From NCBI RefSeq assembly GCF_013315695.1, contig NZ_CP054353.1: 64,000 nucleotides of DNA; one strand, written 5' to 3'. This DNA is from Escherichia coli. GTDB taxonomy: Bacteria > Pseudomonadota > Gammaproteobacteria > Enterobacterales > Enterobacteriaceae. Each line of letters starts with the position of its first letter. Within the stretch, counting starts at the first letter, position 1. The notes beneath the pieces were generated by a model. The model was not told the DNA's origin and made no database searches. It saw only the letters and a list, made by a program, of their open reading frames with translations. A program made the position numbers and the translations under genes. Positions 1-10,723 of the stretch are shown here, piece after piece.

Positions 1-480
1 GCTAAGGTCGGAATTGAGCAGCAAAGTGCCGTGGTGGAAGCCACGATCTTTGGTTTCGCGATAGGCCGAGCCTGAGACTTTGCGATCGCCTTCGGCGGTT
101 TTCACCACCAGATCGTTACGCCCGGAAGCTTCGGCGCTGACGCCGAGCGCGTTCAGCGCATTGAGCACAATCGACGTGGAGATGGTTTTATCGTACTCCG
201 GCTTGCCAGCCATAAAGGTAAAACAGGTATTGCCGAGATCGTGGAACACTGCGCCGCCACCGCTACTGCGCCGCGCCAGGCGGACGTTATCTTCTTCCAT
301 CCGCCGGGTATTACACTCTTTCCACGGGTTCTGCGCGCGACCAATCACTACCGTGTCGGCATTGCGCCAGAGAAACAGAACGCGCTGCGTAGCCGGCATC
401 TGGCGAAAAATACACTCCTCTACCGCCAGGTTAAACCACGGGTCGTAAGAGTCAGAGATGAGCAGGCGTAATGTGGACAT
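1..480 (-). CDS. lplA: lipoate-protein ligase A, N-terminal part (3' end lies beyond window start)
   Basis: Minus-strand translation from ATG at 478-480 reads [22 protein letters not shown]..., matching LplA as recalled; reading frame runs off the window edge. Confidence 0.85.
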
Positions 481-507
481 AACGATTTCCTTTCTTGTAG
501 TAATGGG

Positions 508-1152
508 TCACTCTTTTTTCTCGCTTTCTTCCTCTTCCGGCACCGGTTTACTGGCGGTTAACAGGAAGGGCGATTGCTGCCAGCGGGTGCGTTTACCCTG
601 TAGCAGCGTGCGGGTCAGCACTACGCCGATTGCCAGCGAGAGCAGCAACATCAGGCGTAAAATGTTAGTGGTGTTATCCACCTGTTGGGCTTCGGTGGCG
701 AGCGTATGGGTGTCGAGCGTCAGGCGCAGATAGCCGAGCGGTCCGTTTTTACCCGCAATGGGTTCGACAATCTGCTGGTTAAAATAGCCGCCCGCTTTTT
801 TGCCGTCGAGCGCCAGCCGGTCGCGCACGTCGACGCTTTCGCCAGAACGGGCGATAAGATCGCCTTGCTCATCATATACGCCTGCGTCGAGAATGCGGCT
901 TTCATCCGTTAACTGATCGAGGATCGCCTGAATGCGTTTTTCATCCGGTGAGTCGGTACGCATCAGCGGTGCAACGTTTAGCGTCACCTGCCGCGCCAGG
1001 GTGCGGGCCAGTTCTTCCAGTTGCGGATTACGCTGTCGCTGGTGGTTTTGACTAAACCATGACGCCCCCTGCATCAGCGCCACTAACAAGGCAAGACAGA
1101 ACAGGACAATCACTGCCCGATGCAGCCGGAATTTCAGTTTTGTGCGAGCCAT
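508..1152 (-). CDS. ytjB: Smp/YtjB membrane protein
   Basis: 214-aa ORF with N-terminal TM segment; sequence recognised as K-12 YtjB; position between lplA and serB. Confidence 0.9.
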   Translation of the reverse strand: MARTKLKFRLHRAVIVLFCLALLVALMQGASWFSQNHQRQRNPQLEELARTLARQVTLNVAPLMRTDSPDEKRIQAILDQLTDESRILDAGVYDEQGDLIARSGESVDVRDRLALDGKKAGGYFNQQIVEPIAGKNGPLGYLRLTLDTHTLATEAQQVDNTTNILRLMLLLSLAIGVVLTRTLLQGKRTRWQQSPFLLTASKPVPEEEESEKKE

Positions 1153-1257
1153 CTTCCACCCTTTGAAAATTTGAGACTTAATGTTGCCAGAAGCAATGGA
1201 TACAAGGTAGCCTCATGCGTTATTTTCCCTGCTTCGAACGATTTTACAGGAGCCTTA

Positions 1258-2226
1258 ATGCCTAACATTACCTGGTGCGACCTGCCTGAAGATGTCTCTT
1301 TATGGCCTGGTCTGCCTCTTTCATTAAGTGGTGATGAAGTGATGCCACTGGATTACCACGCAGGTCGTAGCGGCTGGCTGCTGTATGGTCGTGGGCTGGA
1401 TAAACAACGTCTGACCCAATACCAGAGCAAACTGGGCGCGGCTATGGTGATTGTTGCCGCCTGGTGCGTGGAAGATTATCAGGTGATTCGTCTGGCAGGT
1501 TCACTCACTGCGCGGGCTACGCGCCTGGCCCATGAAGCGCAACTGGATGTCGCGCCGCTGGGGAAAATCCCACACCTGCGCACGCCGGGGTTGCTGGTGA
1601 TGGACATGGATTCCACCGCCATCCAGATTGAATGTATTGATGAAATTGCCAAACTGGCCGGAACGGGCGAGAGGGTGGCGGAGGTAACCGAACGGGCGAT
1701 GCGCGGCGAACTCGATTTTACCGCCAGCCTGCGCAGCCGCGTGGCGACGCTGAAAGGCGCTGACGCCAATATTCTGCAACAGGTGCGTGAAAATCTGCCG
1801 CTGATGCCAGGCTTAACGCAGCTGGTACTCAAGCTGGAAACGCTGGGCTGGAAAGTGGCGATTGCCTCCGGCGGCTTTACTTTCTTTGCTGAATACCTGC
1901 GCGACAAGCTGCGCCTGACAGCCGTGGTAGCCAATGAACTGGAGATCATGGACGGTAAATTTACCGGCAATGTGATCGGCGACATCGTTGACGCGCAATA
2001 TAAAGCGAAAACCCTGACCCGCCTCGCGCAGGAGTATGAAATCCCGCTGGCGCAGACCGTGGCGATTGGCGATGGAGCCAATGACCTGCCGATGATCAAA
2101 GCGGCAGGGCTGGGGATTGCCTACCATGCCAAGCCAAAAGTGAATGAAAAGACGGAAGTCACCATCCGTCACGCTGACCTGATGGGGGTATTCTGCATCC
2201 TCTCTGGCAGCCTGAATCAGAAGTAA
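1258..2226 (+). CDS. serB: phosphoserine phosphatase
   Basis: ORF track 1120..2226; true start taken at ATG 1258 (MPNITWCDLPED...), giving 322 aa; HAD motif DMDST present. Confidence 0.95.
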   Translation: MPNITWCDLPEDVSLWPGLPLSLSGDEVMPLDYHAGRSGWLLYGRGLDKQRLTQYQSKLGAAMVIVAAWCVEDYQVIRLAGSLTARATRLAHEAQLDVAPLGKIPHLRTPGLLVMDMDSTAIQIECIDEIAKLAGTGERVAEVTERAMRGELDFTASLRSRVATLKGADANILQQVRENLPLMPGLTQLVLKLETLGWKVAIASGGFTFFAEYLRDKLRLTAVVANELEIMDGKFTGNVIGDIVDAQYKAKTLTRLAQEYEIPLAQTVAIGDGANDLPMIKAAGLGIAYHAKPKVNEKTEVTIRHADLMGVFCILSGSLNQK

Positions 2227-2274
2227 TTGTCCGCCCGTCATCCTGCGGGCGGCACAGCATTAACGAGGTACATC

Positions 2275-3657
2275 GTGGCAAAAGCTCCAAAACGCGCCTT
2301 TGTTTGTAATGAATGCGGGGCCGATTATCCGCGCTGGCAGGGGCAGTGCAGTGCCTGTCATGCCTGGAACACCATCACCGAGGTGCGTCTTGCAGCGTCG
2401 CCAACGGTGGCGCGTAACGAGCGTCTCAGCGGCTATGCCGGTAGCGCCGGAGTGGCAAAAGTCCAGAAACTTTCCGACATCAGCCTTGAAGAGCTGCCGC
2501 GTTTTTCCACCGGATTTAAAGAGTTCGACCGCGTATTAGGCGGCGGCGTGGTGCCGGGAAGCGCCATTCTGATTGGCGGTAACCCTGGTGCGGGGAAATC
2601 CACGCTGTTGCTGCAAACGCTGTGCAAACTGGCGCAGCAGATGAAAACGCTGTATGTCACCGGCGAAGAGTCGCTGCAACAGGTGGCAATGCGCGCTCAT
2701 CGCCTTGGCCTGCCGACTGACAATCTTAATATGCTGTCGGAAACCAGCATCGAGCAGATCTGCCTGATTGCCGAAGAAGAGCAACCGAAGCTGATGGTAA
2801 TTGACTCCATCCAGGTGATGCATATGGCGGATGTACAATCATCGCCTGGCAGCGTGGCACAGGTGCGTGAAACGGCGGCTTATCTGACGCGCTTCGCCAA
2901 AACGCGCGGTGTGGCGATTGTCATGGTCGGGCACGTAACCAAAGATGGCTCGCTGGCTGGCCCTAAAGTGCTGGAACACTGTATCGACTGTTCGGTGCTT
3001 TTGGATGGTGATGCCGACTCACGTTTTCGCACCTTACGCAGCCATAAAAACCGCTTCGGCGCGGTGAATGAGCTGGGTGTCTTCGCAATGACCGAGCAGG
3101 GGCTGCGTGAAGTCAGCAACCCTTCGGCAATTTTCTTAAGTCGCGGCGATGAAGTGACCTCCGGTAGCTCAGTGATGGTAGTGTGGGAAGGAACGCGTCC
3201 GCTGCTGGTGGAGATTCAGGCGCTCGTCGATCACTCGATGATGGCGAATCCACGCCGCGTGGCAGTCGGGCTGGAGCAAAACCGTCTGGCAATCCTGCTG
3301 GCGGTGCTTCACCGTCACGGTGGTCTACAAATGGCCGATCAGGATGTGTTTGTTAACGTGGTCGGTGGCGTGAAGGTGACGGAAACCAGTGCCGATTTAG
3401 CGTTACTGCTGGCGATGGTTTCCAGCCTGCGTGACAGACCGCTACCGCAGGATCTGGTGGTGTTTGGTGAAGTCGGGCTGGCAGGGGAGATCCGCCCGGT
3501 GCCCAGCGGCCAGGAACGAATCTCAGAAGCGGCGAAACACGGTTTTCGCCGGGCAATTGTTCCGGCAGCTAACGTGCCGAAAAAAGCGCCGGAAGGGATG
3601 CAGATTTTTGGCGTTAAAAAACTCTCCGACGCGCTTAGCGTGTTCGACGACTTATAA
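2275..3657 (+). CDS. radA: DNA repair protein RadA (Sms)
   Basis: GTG start at 2275 (VAKAPKRAFVCNECGADYPRWQGQC zinc finger), Walker A GNPGAGKST; 460 aa. Confidence 0.92.
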   Translation: MAKAPKRAFVCNECGADYPRWQGQCSACHAWNTITEVRLAASPTVARNERLSGYAGSAGVAKVQKLSDISLEELPRFSTGFKEFDRVLGGGVVPGSAILIGGNPGAGKSTLLLQTLCKLAQQMKTLYVTGEESLQQVAMRAHRLGLPTDNLNMLSETSIEQICLIAEEEQPKLMVIDSIQVMHMADVQSSPGSVAQVRETAAYLTRFAKTRGVAIVMVGHVTKDGSLAGPKVLEHCIDCSVLLDGDADSRFRTLRSHKNRFGAVNELGVFAMTEQGLREVSNPSAIFLSRGDEVTSGSSVMVVWEGTRPLLVEIQALVDHSMMANPRRVAVGLEQNRLAILLAVLHRHGGLQMADQDVFVNVVGGVKVTETSADLALLLAMVSSLRDRPLPQDLVVFGEVGLAGEIRPVPSGQERISEAAKHGFRRAIVPAANVPKKAPEGMQIFGVKKLSDALSVFDDL

Positions 3658-3677
3658 TGAGAGATACGGAGGGAGAT

Positions 3678-4910
3678 ATGTCGTCATTTGATTACCTGAA
3701 AACTGCCATCAAGCAACAGGGCTGCACGCTACAGCAGGTAGCTGATGCCAGCGGTATGACCAAAGGGTATTTAAGCCAGTTACTGAATGCCAAAATTAAA
3801 AGCCCCAGCGCACAAAAGCTGGAGGCATTGCACCGTTATTTGGGACTTGAATTTCCCCGGCAGAAGAAAACGATCGGTGTCGTATTCGGTAAGTTTTACC
3901 CGCTGCATACTGGACATATCTACCTTATCCAGCGCGCCTGTAGCCAGGTTGACGAGCTGCATATCATTATGGGTTTTGACGATACCCGTGACCGCGCGTT
4001 GTTCGAAGACAGTGCCATGTCGCAGCAGCCGACCGTGCCGGATCGTCTGCGCTGGTTATTGCAAACTTTTAAATATCAGAAAAATATTCGCATTCATGCT
4101 TTCAACGAAGAGGGCATGGAGCCGTATCCGCACGGCTGGGATGTGTGGAGCAACGGTATCAAAAAGTTTATGGCTGAAAAAGGGATCCAGCCGGATCTGA
4201 TCTACACCTCGGAAGAAGCCGATGCGCCACAGTATATGGAACATCTGGGGATCGAGACGGTGCTGGTCGATCCGAAACGTACCTTTATGAGTATCAGCGG
4301 TGCGCAGATCCGCGAAAACCCGTTCCGCTACTGGGAATATATTCCTACCGAAGTGAAGCCGTTTTTTGTGCGTACCGTGGCGATCCTTGGCGGCGAGTCG
4401 AGCGGTAAATCCACCCTGGTAAACAAACTTGCCAATATCTTCAACACCACCAGTGCGTGGGAATATGGCCGCGATTATGTCTTTTCACACCTCGGTGGTG
4501 ATGAGATCGCATTGCAGTATTCCGACTACGATAAAATCGCGTTGGGCCACGCACAATACATTGATTTTGCAGTGAAATATGCCAATAAAGTGGCGTTTAT
4601 TGACACCGATTTTGTCACTACCCAGGCGTTCTGCAAAAAGTACGAAGGGCGTGAGCATCCGTTCGTGCAGGCGCTGATTGATGAATACCGTTTTGATCTG
4701 GTGATCCTGCTGGAGAACAACACGCCGTGGGTGGCGGATGGTTTACGCAGCCTCGGCAGTTCGGTGGATCGCAAAGAGTTCCAGAACTTGCTGGTGGAGA
4801 TGCTGGAAGAGAACAATATCGAATTTGTGCGGGTTGAAGAGGACGATTATGACAGCCGTTTCCTGCGCTGCGTGGAGCTGGTGCGGGAGATGATGGGGGA
4901 GCAAAGATAA
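3678..4910 (+). CDS. nadR: NMN adenylyltransferase / ribosylnicotinamide kinase / transcriptional repressor NadR
   Basis: ATG 3678 (MSSFDYLKTAIKQQGCTLQQVAD...), 410 aa, HTH then H-x-G-H nucleotidyltransferase motif (LHTGH). Confidence 0.95.
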   Translation: MSSFDYLKTAIKQQGCTLQQVADASGMTKGYLSQLLNAKIKSPSAQKLEALHRYLGLEFPRQKKTIGVVFGKFYPLHTGHIYLIQRACSQVDELHIIMGFDDTRDRALFEDSAMSQQPTVPDRLRWLLQTFKYQKNIRIHAFNEEGMEPYPHGWDVWSNGIKKFMAEKGIQPDLIYTSEEADAPQYMEHLGIETVLVDPKRTFMSISGAQIRENPFRYWEYIPTEVKPFFVRTVAILGGESSGKSTLVNKLANIFNTTSAWEYGRDYVFSHLGGDEIALQYSDYDKIALGHAQYIDFAVKYANKVAFIDTDFVTTQAFCKKYEGREHPFVQALIDEYRFDLVILLENNTPWVADGLRSLGSSVDRKEFQNLLVEMLEENNIEFVRVEEDDYDSRFLRCVELVREMMGEQR

Positions 4911-4943
4911 CCGTGACGAAACGGCTCAAAGGCGAGGTATAAA

Positions 4944-5228
4944 ATGAGTTTTTTTGATGAGTTGAAAACCTCTCTGGAAGAGGCTGTCGAGATTAAACAA
5001 GGTTTAAAAGAACCTGCACGGGTGACCCGCTACGAAATTGCGGATGTTAAAGCTATTCGTGAGCAACTCAACGTTTCTCAAAGTGAGATGGCAAAAGCTC
5101 TGGGAACCAGTGTAGATACCATTAAAAGCTGGGAATCGAAGCGAAGAAATCCTACGGGATTGGCTGCAAAAGTACTTGCCACAATTAAAGAAAATCTTGC
5201 CTTTTTCCGGGAACTTGCCTCCCATTAA
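4944..5228 (+). CDS. small XRE-family HTH DNA-binding protein, YiaG/MqsA-C-terminal-like (COG2944-type)
   Basis: 94-aa ORF with GAGG RBS 8 nt upstream; sequence pattern SQSEMAKALGTSVDTIKSWESKRRNPTGLAAKVL resembles E. coli YiaG / MqsA HTH domains as recalled; 33 nt downstream of nadR stop. Confidence 0.6.
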   Translation: MSFFDELKTSLEEAVEIKQGLKEPARVTRYEIADVKAIREQLNVSQSEMAKALGTSVDTIKSWESKRRNPTGLAAKVLATIKENLAFFRELASH

Positions 5229-5242
5229 TCATTTAACTATTA

Positions 5243-5274
5243 CCGGATGCGATGCTGGCGCGCCGCACCCGGCA
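5243..5274. repeat. degenerate REP-like palindromic element
   Basis: ccggatgcgatgctggcgcgccgcacccggca resembles the REP consensus (gccggatgcg...); lies between the small HTH ORF and the ettA stop. Confidence 0.4.
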
Positions 5275-5283
5275 TTTTACGCA

Positions 5284-6951
5284 TTACTTCGCAATACGCT
5301 TGTACTTGATACGCTTCGGCTCCAGCGCGTCTGCGCCCAGCGTGCGTTTTTTGTACTCTTCGTACTCGGTAAAGTTACCTTCGAAGAACTCAACTTTACC
5401 TTCATCCTGGTAATCCAGGATGTGCGTGGCGATACGGTCGAGGAACCAACGGTCGTGCGAGATAACCATCGCGCAGCCCGGGAACTCCAGCAGGGCGTTT
5501 TCCAGCGCGCGCAGGGTTTCGATATCCAGGTCGTTGGTTGGTTCGTCGAGCAGCAGCATGTTGCCGCCAACTTGCAGCAGCTTCGCCAGATGCAGACGAC
5601 CGCGCTCACCGCCGGAGAGTTCGCCAACGCGTTTACCCTGATCAACCCCTTTAAAGTTAAAGCGGCCAACGTAGGCGCGGCTTGGCATCTCGGTGTTGCC
5701 GATCTTCATGATATCCAGCCCGCCGGAAACTTCTTCCCAAACGGTTTTGCTGTTATCCATTGAGTCACGGAACTGATCAACCGATGCCAGTTTCACCGTT
5801 TCACCCAAAGTGATGGTGCCGCTGTCCGGCTGTTCCTGACCAGAGATCATACGGAACAGGGTCGATTTACCCGCACCGTTCGGACCGATGATCCCGACGA
5901 TCGCCCCTTTCGGGATCGAGAAACTCAGGTCATCAATCAGCAGACGATCGCCATAGGATTTACGCAGGTTGCTGACTTCCAGCACTTTATCGCCAAGACG
6001 CGGTCCAGGTGGAATAAACAGTTCGTTGGTTTCGTTACGTTTCTGATATTCGGTGCTGTTCAGCTCTTCAAAACGCGCCAGACGTGCTTTACCTTTCGAC
6101 TGGCGGCCTTTAGTTCCCTGACGTACCCACTCCAGCTCTTTCTCAATCGACTTACGACGCGCAGCTTCTTGTGAAGCTTCCTGCGCCAGACGTTGATCTT
6201 TCTGCTCCAGCCAGGAGGAGTAGTTACCTTCCCACGGAATACCTTCACCGCGGTCCAGTTCGAGGATCCAGCCTGCAACGTTATCAAGGAAGTAACGGTC
6301 GTGGGTAATCGCCACAACGGTGCCTTCGAAGTCGTGCAGGAAGCGTTCCAGCCAGGCCACGGATTCGGCATCCAGGTGGTTGGTCGGTTCGTCGAGCAGC
6401 AGCATGTCTGGTTTTTCCAGCAGCAGGCGGCACAACGCCACGCGACGACGCTCACCACCGGAGAGGTTAGCGATTTTCGCGTCCCAGTCCGGCAGACGCA
6501 GCGCATCCGCCGCACGCTCCAGCTGAACGTTCAGGTTGTGACCGTCGTGAGCCTGAATGATCTCTTCCAGACGGCCTTGTTCAGCGGCCAGCTTGTCAAA
6601 ATCGGCATCCGGATCGGCGTACAGCGCATACACTTCATCCAGGCGTTTCAGGGCGTTAACCACTTCAGAAACCGCTTCTTCAATGGACTCACGCACGGTG
6701 TGTTCCGGGTTCAGCTGCGGTTCCTGCGGCAGATAACCAATCTTGATATCCGGTTGCGGACGCGCTTCGCCTTCGATGTCTTTATCAATGCCCGCCATAA
6801 TGCGCAGCAGGGTGGACTTACCCGCGCCGTTCAGACCCAGGACACCAATTTTTGCCCCAGGGAAGAAACTCAGAGAGATGTTTTTCAAAATATGACGTTT
6901 CGGCGGAACAACTTTGCCGACACGATGCATGGTATAAACGAATTGAGCCAC
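5284..6951 (-). CDS. ettA: energy-dependent translational throttle ABC-F ATPase EttA (YjjK)
   Basis: 555-aa ORF with two ABC ATPase cassettes (GLNGAGKST, GPNGAGKST, two LSGGE signature motifs). Confidence 0.95.
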   Translation of the reverse strand: MAQFVYTMHRVGKVVPPKRHILKNISLSFFPGAKIGVLGLNGAGKSTLLRIMAGIDKDIEGEARPQPDIKIGYLPQEPQLNPEHTVRESIEEAVSEVVNALKRLDEVYALYADPDADFDKLAAEQGRLEEIIQAHDGHNLNVQLERAADALRLPDWDAKIANLSGGERRRVALCRLLLEKPDMLLLDEPTNHLDAESVAWLERFLHDFEGTVVAITHDRYFLDNVAGWILELDRGEGIPWEGNYSSWLEQKDQRLAQEASQEAARRKSIEKELEWVRQGTKGRQSKGKARLARFEELNSTEYQKRNETNELFIPPGPRLGDKVLEVSNLRKSYGDRLLIDDLSFSIPKGAIVGIIGPNGAGKSTLFRMISGQEQPDSGTITLGETVKLASVDQFRDSMDNSKTVWEEVSGGLDIMKIGNTEMPSRAYVGRFNFKGVDQGKRVGELSGGERGRLHLAKLLQVGGNMLLLDEPTNDLDIETLRALENALLEFPGCAMVISHDRWFLDRIATHILDYQDEGKVEFFEGNFTEYEEYKKRTLGADALEPKRIKYKRIAK

Positions 6952-7161
6952 GTTGGACTTCGCCTCTATGTTTATCGTGATGATGAGTTTTCAAAGGCGA
7001 AGTGTAGCCTGTTTCCTTATCTAATCCCAGCCGGTCGATCACCCTCGCAGTAAAAGTAAAAAAGTGTCCGTAACGTGGCGTAAACGGCAATGACTGGTTA
7101 GCATAAATCTATTACGTGGCATGACGCTGCATTGATGTATTTACACTTAGAGGATGCGCTT

Positions 7162-9099
7162 GTGGAAAAAGCCAAACACGTTACCTGGCGGCTGTTGGCT
7201 GCCGGTGTCTGTCTGCTGACGGTCAGCAGCGTGGCGCGAGCCGACTCACTGGATGAGCAGCGTAGTCGTTACGCGCAAATCAAGCAGGCCTGGGATAATC
7301 GACAAATGGATGTGGTCGAACAAATGATGCCTGGACTGAAAGATTATCCGCTTTATCCCTACCTGGAATACCGTCAGATCACCGATGACCTGATGAATCA
7401 ACCGGCGGTGACGGTCACTAACTTTGTTCGCGCTAACCCCACGCTTCCTCCCGCTCGCACGCTGCAATCTCGTTTCGTCAATGAACTGGCGCGGCGTGAA
7501 GACTGGCGTGGCTTGTTAGCCTTTAGCCCGGAAAAACCCGGAACTACCGAAGCGCAATGTAATTACTACTATGCGAAATGGAACACCGGGCAGAGTGAAG
7601 AAGCCTGGCAAGGGGCGAAAGAGCTGTGGCTAACCGGCAAGAGCCAGCCTAACGCCTGTGACAAGTTATTTAGCGTCTGGCGTGCGTCAGGTAAACAAGA
7701 TCCGCTGGCGTATTTAGAGCGTATCCGTCTGGCGATGAAAGCGGGTAACACCGGCCTGGTAACAGTGCTGGCAGGGCAGATGCCTGCCGATTACCAGACT
7801 ATCGCTTCGGCAATCATTTCACTGGCGAACAACCCTAATACGGTACTGACCTTCGCGCGTACAACCGGCGCGACCGATTTTACCCGTCAAATGGCGGCGG
7901 TGGCGTTTGCCAGCGTGGCGCGGCAGGATGCTGAAAATGCACGGCTGATGATTCCATCGCTTGCTCAGGCACAGCAGCTTAATGAAGATCAGATTCAGGA
8001 ACTGCGCGATATCGTCGCCTGGCGTTTGATGGGCAACGATGTCACCGACGAGCAGGCGAAATGGCGCGATGACGCCATTATGCGCTCGCAATCCACCTCG
8101 TTGATTGAACGCCGAGTGCGGATGGCGCTTGGCACTGGCGATCGGCGTGGACTGAATACCTGGCTGGCGCGTTTGCCGATGGAAGCGAAAGAGAAAGATG
8201 AATGGCGTTACTGGCAGGCCGATTTATTGCTGGAACGCGGACGTGAAGCTGAAGCGAAAGAGATTCTGCATCAACTCATGCAACAGCGTGGTTTCTACCC
8301 GATGGTTGCAGCACAGCGCATCGGCGAAGAGTATGAGCTGAAGATTGATAAAGCGCCGCAGAATGTTGACAGCACCCTGACTCAGGGGCCGGAGATGGCG
8401 CGCGTGCGCGAGTTGATGTACTGGAATCTCGATAACACCGCGCGTAGCGAGTGGGCCAATCTGGTGAAGAGCAAGTCAAAAACAGAGCAGGCACAGCTGG
8501 CACGGTATGCTTTCAACAACCAATGGTGGGATCTCAGCGTTCAGGCGACGATCGCCGGGAAGCTTTGGGATCATCTGGAAGAGCGATTCCCGCTGGCCTA
8601 CAACGATCTTTTCAAACGTTACACCAGTGGGAAGGAGATCCCGCAAAGCTATGCGATGGCGATTGCCCGTCAGGAGAGTGCCTGGAATCCGAAAGTGAAA
8701 TCACCGGTAGGGGCCAGCGGCCTGATGCAGATTATGCCTGGTACCGCGACCCATACGGTGAAGATGTTCTCTATTCCCGGTTATAGCAGCCCAGGGCAAT
8801 TGCTGAATCCGGAAACGAACATCAACATTGGCACCAGTTACCTGCAATATGTTTATCAGCAGTTTGGCAATAACCGTATTTTCTCCTCAGCAGCTTATAA
8901 CGCCGGACCAGGGCGGGTGCGAACCTGGCTTGGCAACAGCGCAGGGCGTATCGACGCAGTGGCATTTGTCGAGAGTATTCCATTCTCCGAGACGCGCGGT
9001 TATGTGAAGAACGTGCTGGCTTATGACGCTTACTACCGCTATTTCATGGGGGATAAACCGACATTGATGAGCGCCACGGAATGGGGACGTCGTTACTGA
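7162..9099 (+). CDS. slt: soluble lytic murein transglycosylase Slt70
   Basis: ORF track 7132..9099; start taken at GTG 7162 (VEKAKHVTWRLLAAGVCLLTVSS signal peptide), 645 aa; catalytic ES motif (ARQESAWNP). Confidence 0.9.
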   Translation: MEKAKHVTWRLLAAGVCLLTVSSVARADSLDEQRSRYAQIKQAWDNRQMDVVEQMMPGLKDYPLYPYLEYRQITDDLMNQPAVTVTNFVRANPTLPPARTLQSRFVNELARREDWRGLLAFSPEKPGTTEAQCNYYYAKWNTGQSEEAWQGAKELWLTGKSQPNACDKLFSVWRASGKQDPLAYLERIRLAMKAGNTGLVTVLAGQMPADYQTIASAIISLANNPNTVLTFARTTGATDFTRQMAAVAFASVARQDAENARLMIPSLAQAQQLNEDQIQELRDIVAWRLMGNDVTDEQAKWRDDAIMRSQSTSLIERRVRMALGTGDRRGLNTWLARLPMEAKEKDEWRYWQADLLLERGREAEAKEILHQLMQQRGFYPMVAAQRIGEEYELKIDKAPQNVDSTLTQGPEMARVRELMYWNLDNTARSEWANLVKSKSKTEQAQLARYAFNNQWWDLSVQATIAGKLWDHLEERFPLAYNDLFKRYTSGKEIPQSYAMAIARQESAWNPKVKSPVGASGLMQIMPGTATHTVKMFSIPGYSSPGQLLNPETNINIGTSYLQYVYQQFGNNRIFSSAAYNAGPGRVRTWLGNSAGRIDAVAFVESIPFSETRGYVKNVLAYDAYYRYFMGDKPTLMSATEWGRRY

Positions 9100-9173
9100 T
9101 CCGCACGTTTATGATATGCTATCGTACTCTTTAGCGAGTACAACCGGGGGAGGCATTTTGCTTCCCCCGCTAA

Positions 9174-10036
<863 letters not shown>

Positions 10037-10075
10037 TCAGAAAATTAACGTTACAGCAGTATACGGAAAAAAAGC

Positions 10076-10723
10076 ATGTTACAGGTATACCTAGTCCGCC
10101 ACGGTGAAACGCAGTGGAACGCCGAGCGACGTATTCAGGGCCAGTCTGACAGCCCGCTGACTGCCAAAGGTGAGCAACAGGCGATGCAGGTGGCGACCCG
10201 TGCCAAAGAGCTTGGCATTACGCATATCATCAGTAGCGATTTAGGACGCACCCGCCGCACGGCGGAAATCATCGCCCAGGCCTGCGGCTGCGATATTCTC
10301 CTTGATCCTCGTCTGCGTGAATTAAATATGGGTGTACTGGAAACAAGAAATATCGATTCACTCACCGAAGAAGAAGAAAACTGGCGTCGCCAGCTGGTCA
10401 ATGGCACTGTCGACGGACGTATTCCTGAAGGCGAGTCTATGCAGGAGCTCAGCGATCGTGTCAATGCGGCACTGGAATCTTGTCGGGAATTACCGCAGGG
10501 AAGCCGACCGCTGCTGGTGAGCCACGGTATTGCACTGGGATGCCTGGTGAGTACGATTCTCGGATTACCAGCATGGGCAGAGCGTCGCTTACGTCTGCGT
10601 AACTGTTCTATTTCGCGCGTGGATTATCAGGAAAGCCTGTGGCTGGCGTCTGGCTGGGTCGTTGAAACCGCAGGGGACATCTCGCATCTGGACGCCCCTG
10701 CATTAGATGAGCTGCAGCGTTAA
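10076..10723 (+). CDS. gpmB: probable phosphoglycerate mutase GpmB (YtjC)
   Basis: 215-aa ORF with histidine phosphatase RHGE motif (LVRHGETQWN). Confidence 0.93.
   Translation: MLQVYLVRHGETQWNAERRIQGQSDSPLTAKGEQQAMQVATRAKELGITHIISSDLGRTRRTAEIIAQACGCDILLDPRLRELNMGVLETRNIDSLTEEEENWRRQLVNGTVDGRIPEGESMQELSDRVNAALESCRELPQGSRPLLVSHGIALGCLVSTILGLPAWAERRLRLRNCSISRVDYQESLWLASGWVVETAGDISHLDAPALDELQR

Noticed and set aside
1479-2241. Minus-strand ORFs antisense to serB
   Set aside because: Overlap the confident serB reading frame; no independent support.
5176-7053. Plus-strand ORFs (195 aa and 286 aa) antisense to ettA
   Set aside because: Embedded in the ettA coding region; translations are low-complexity; ettA itself is a confident call.
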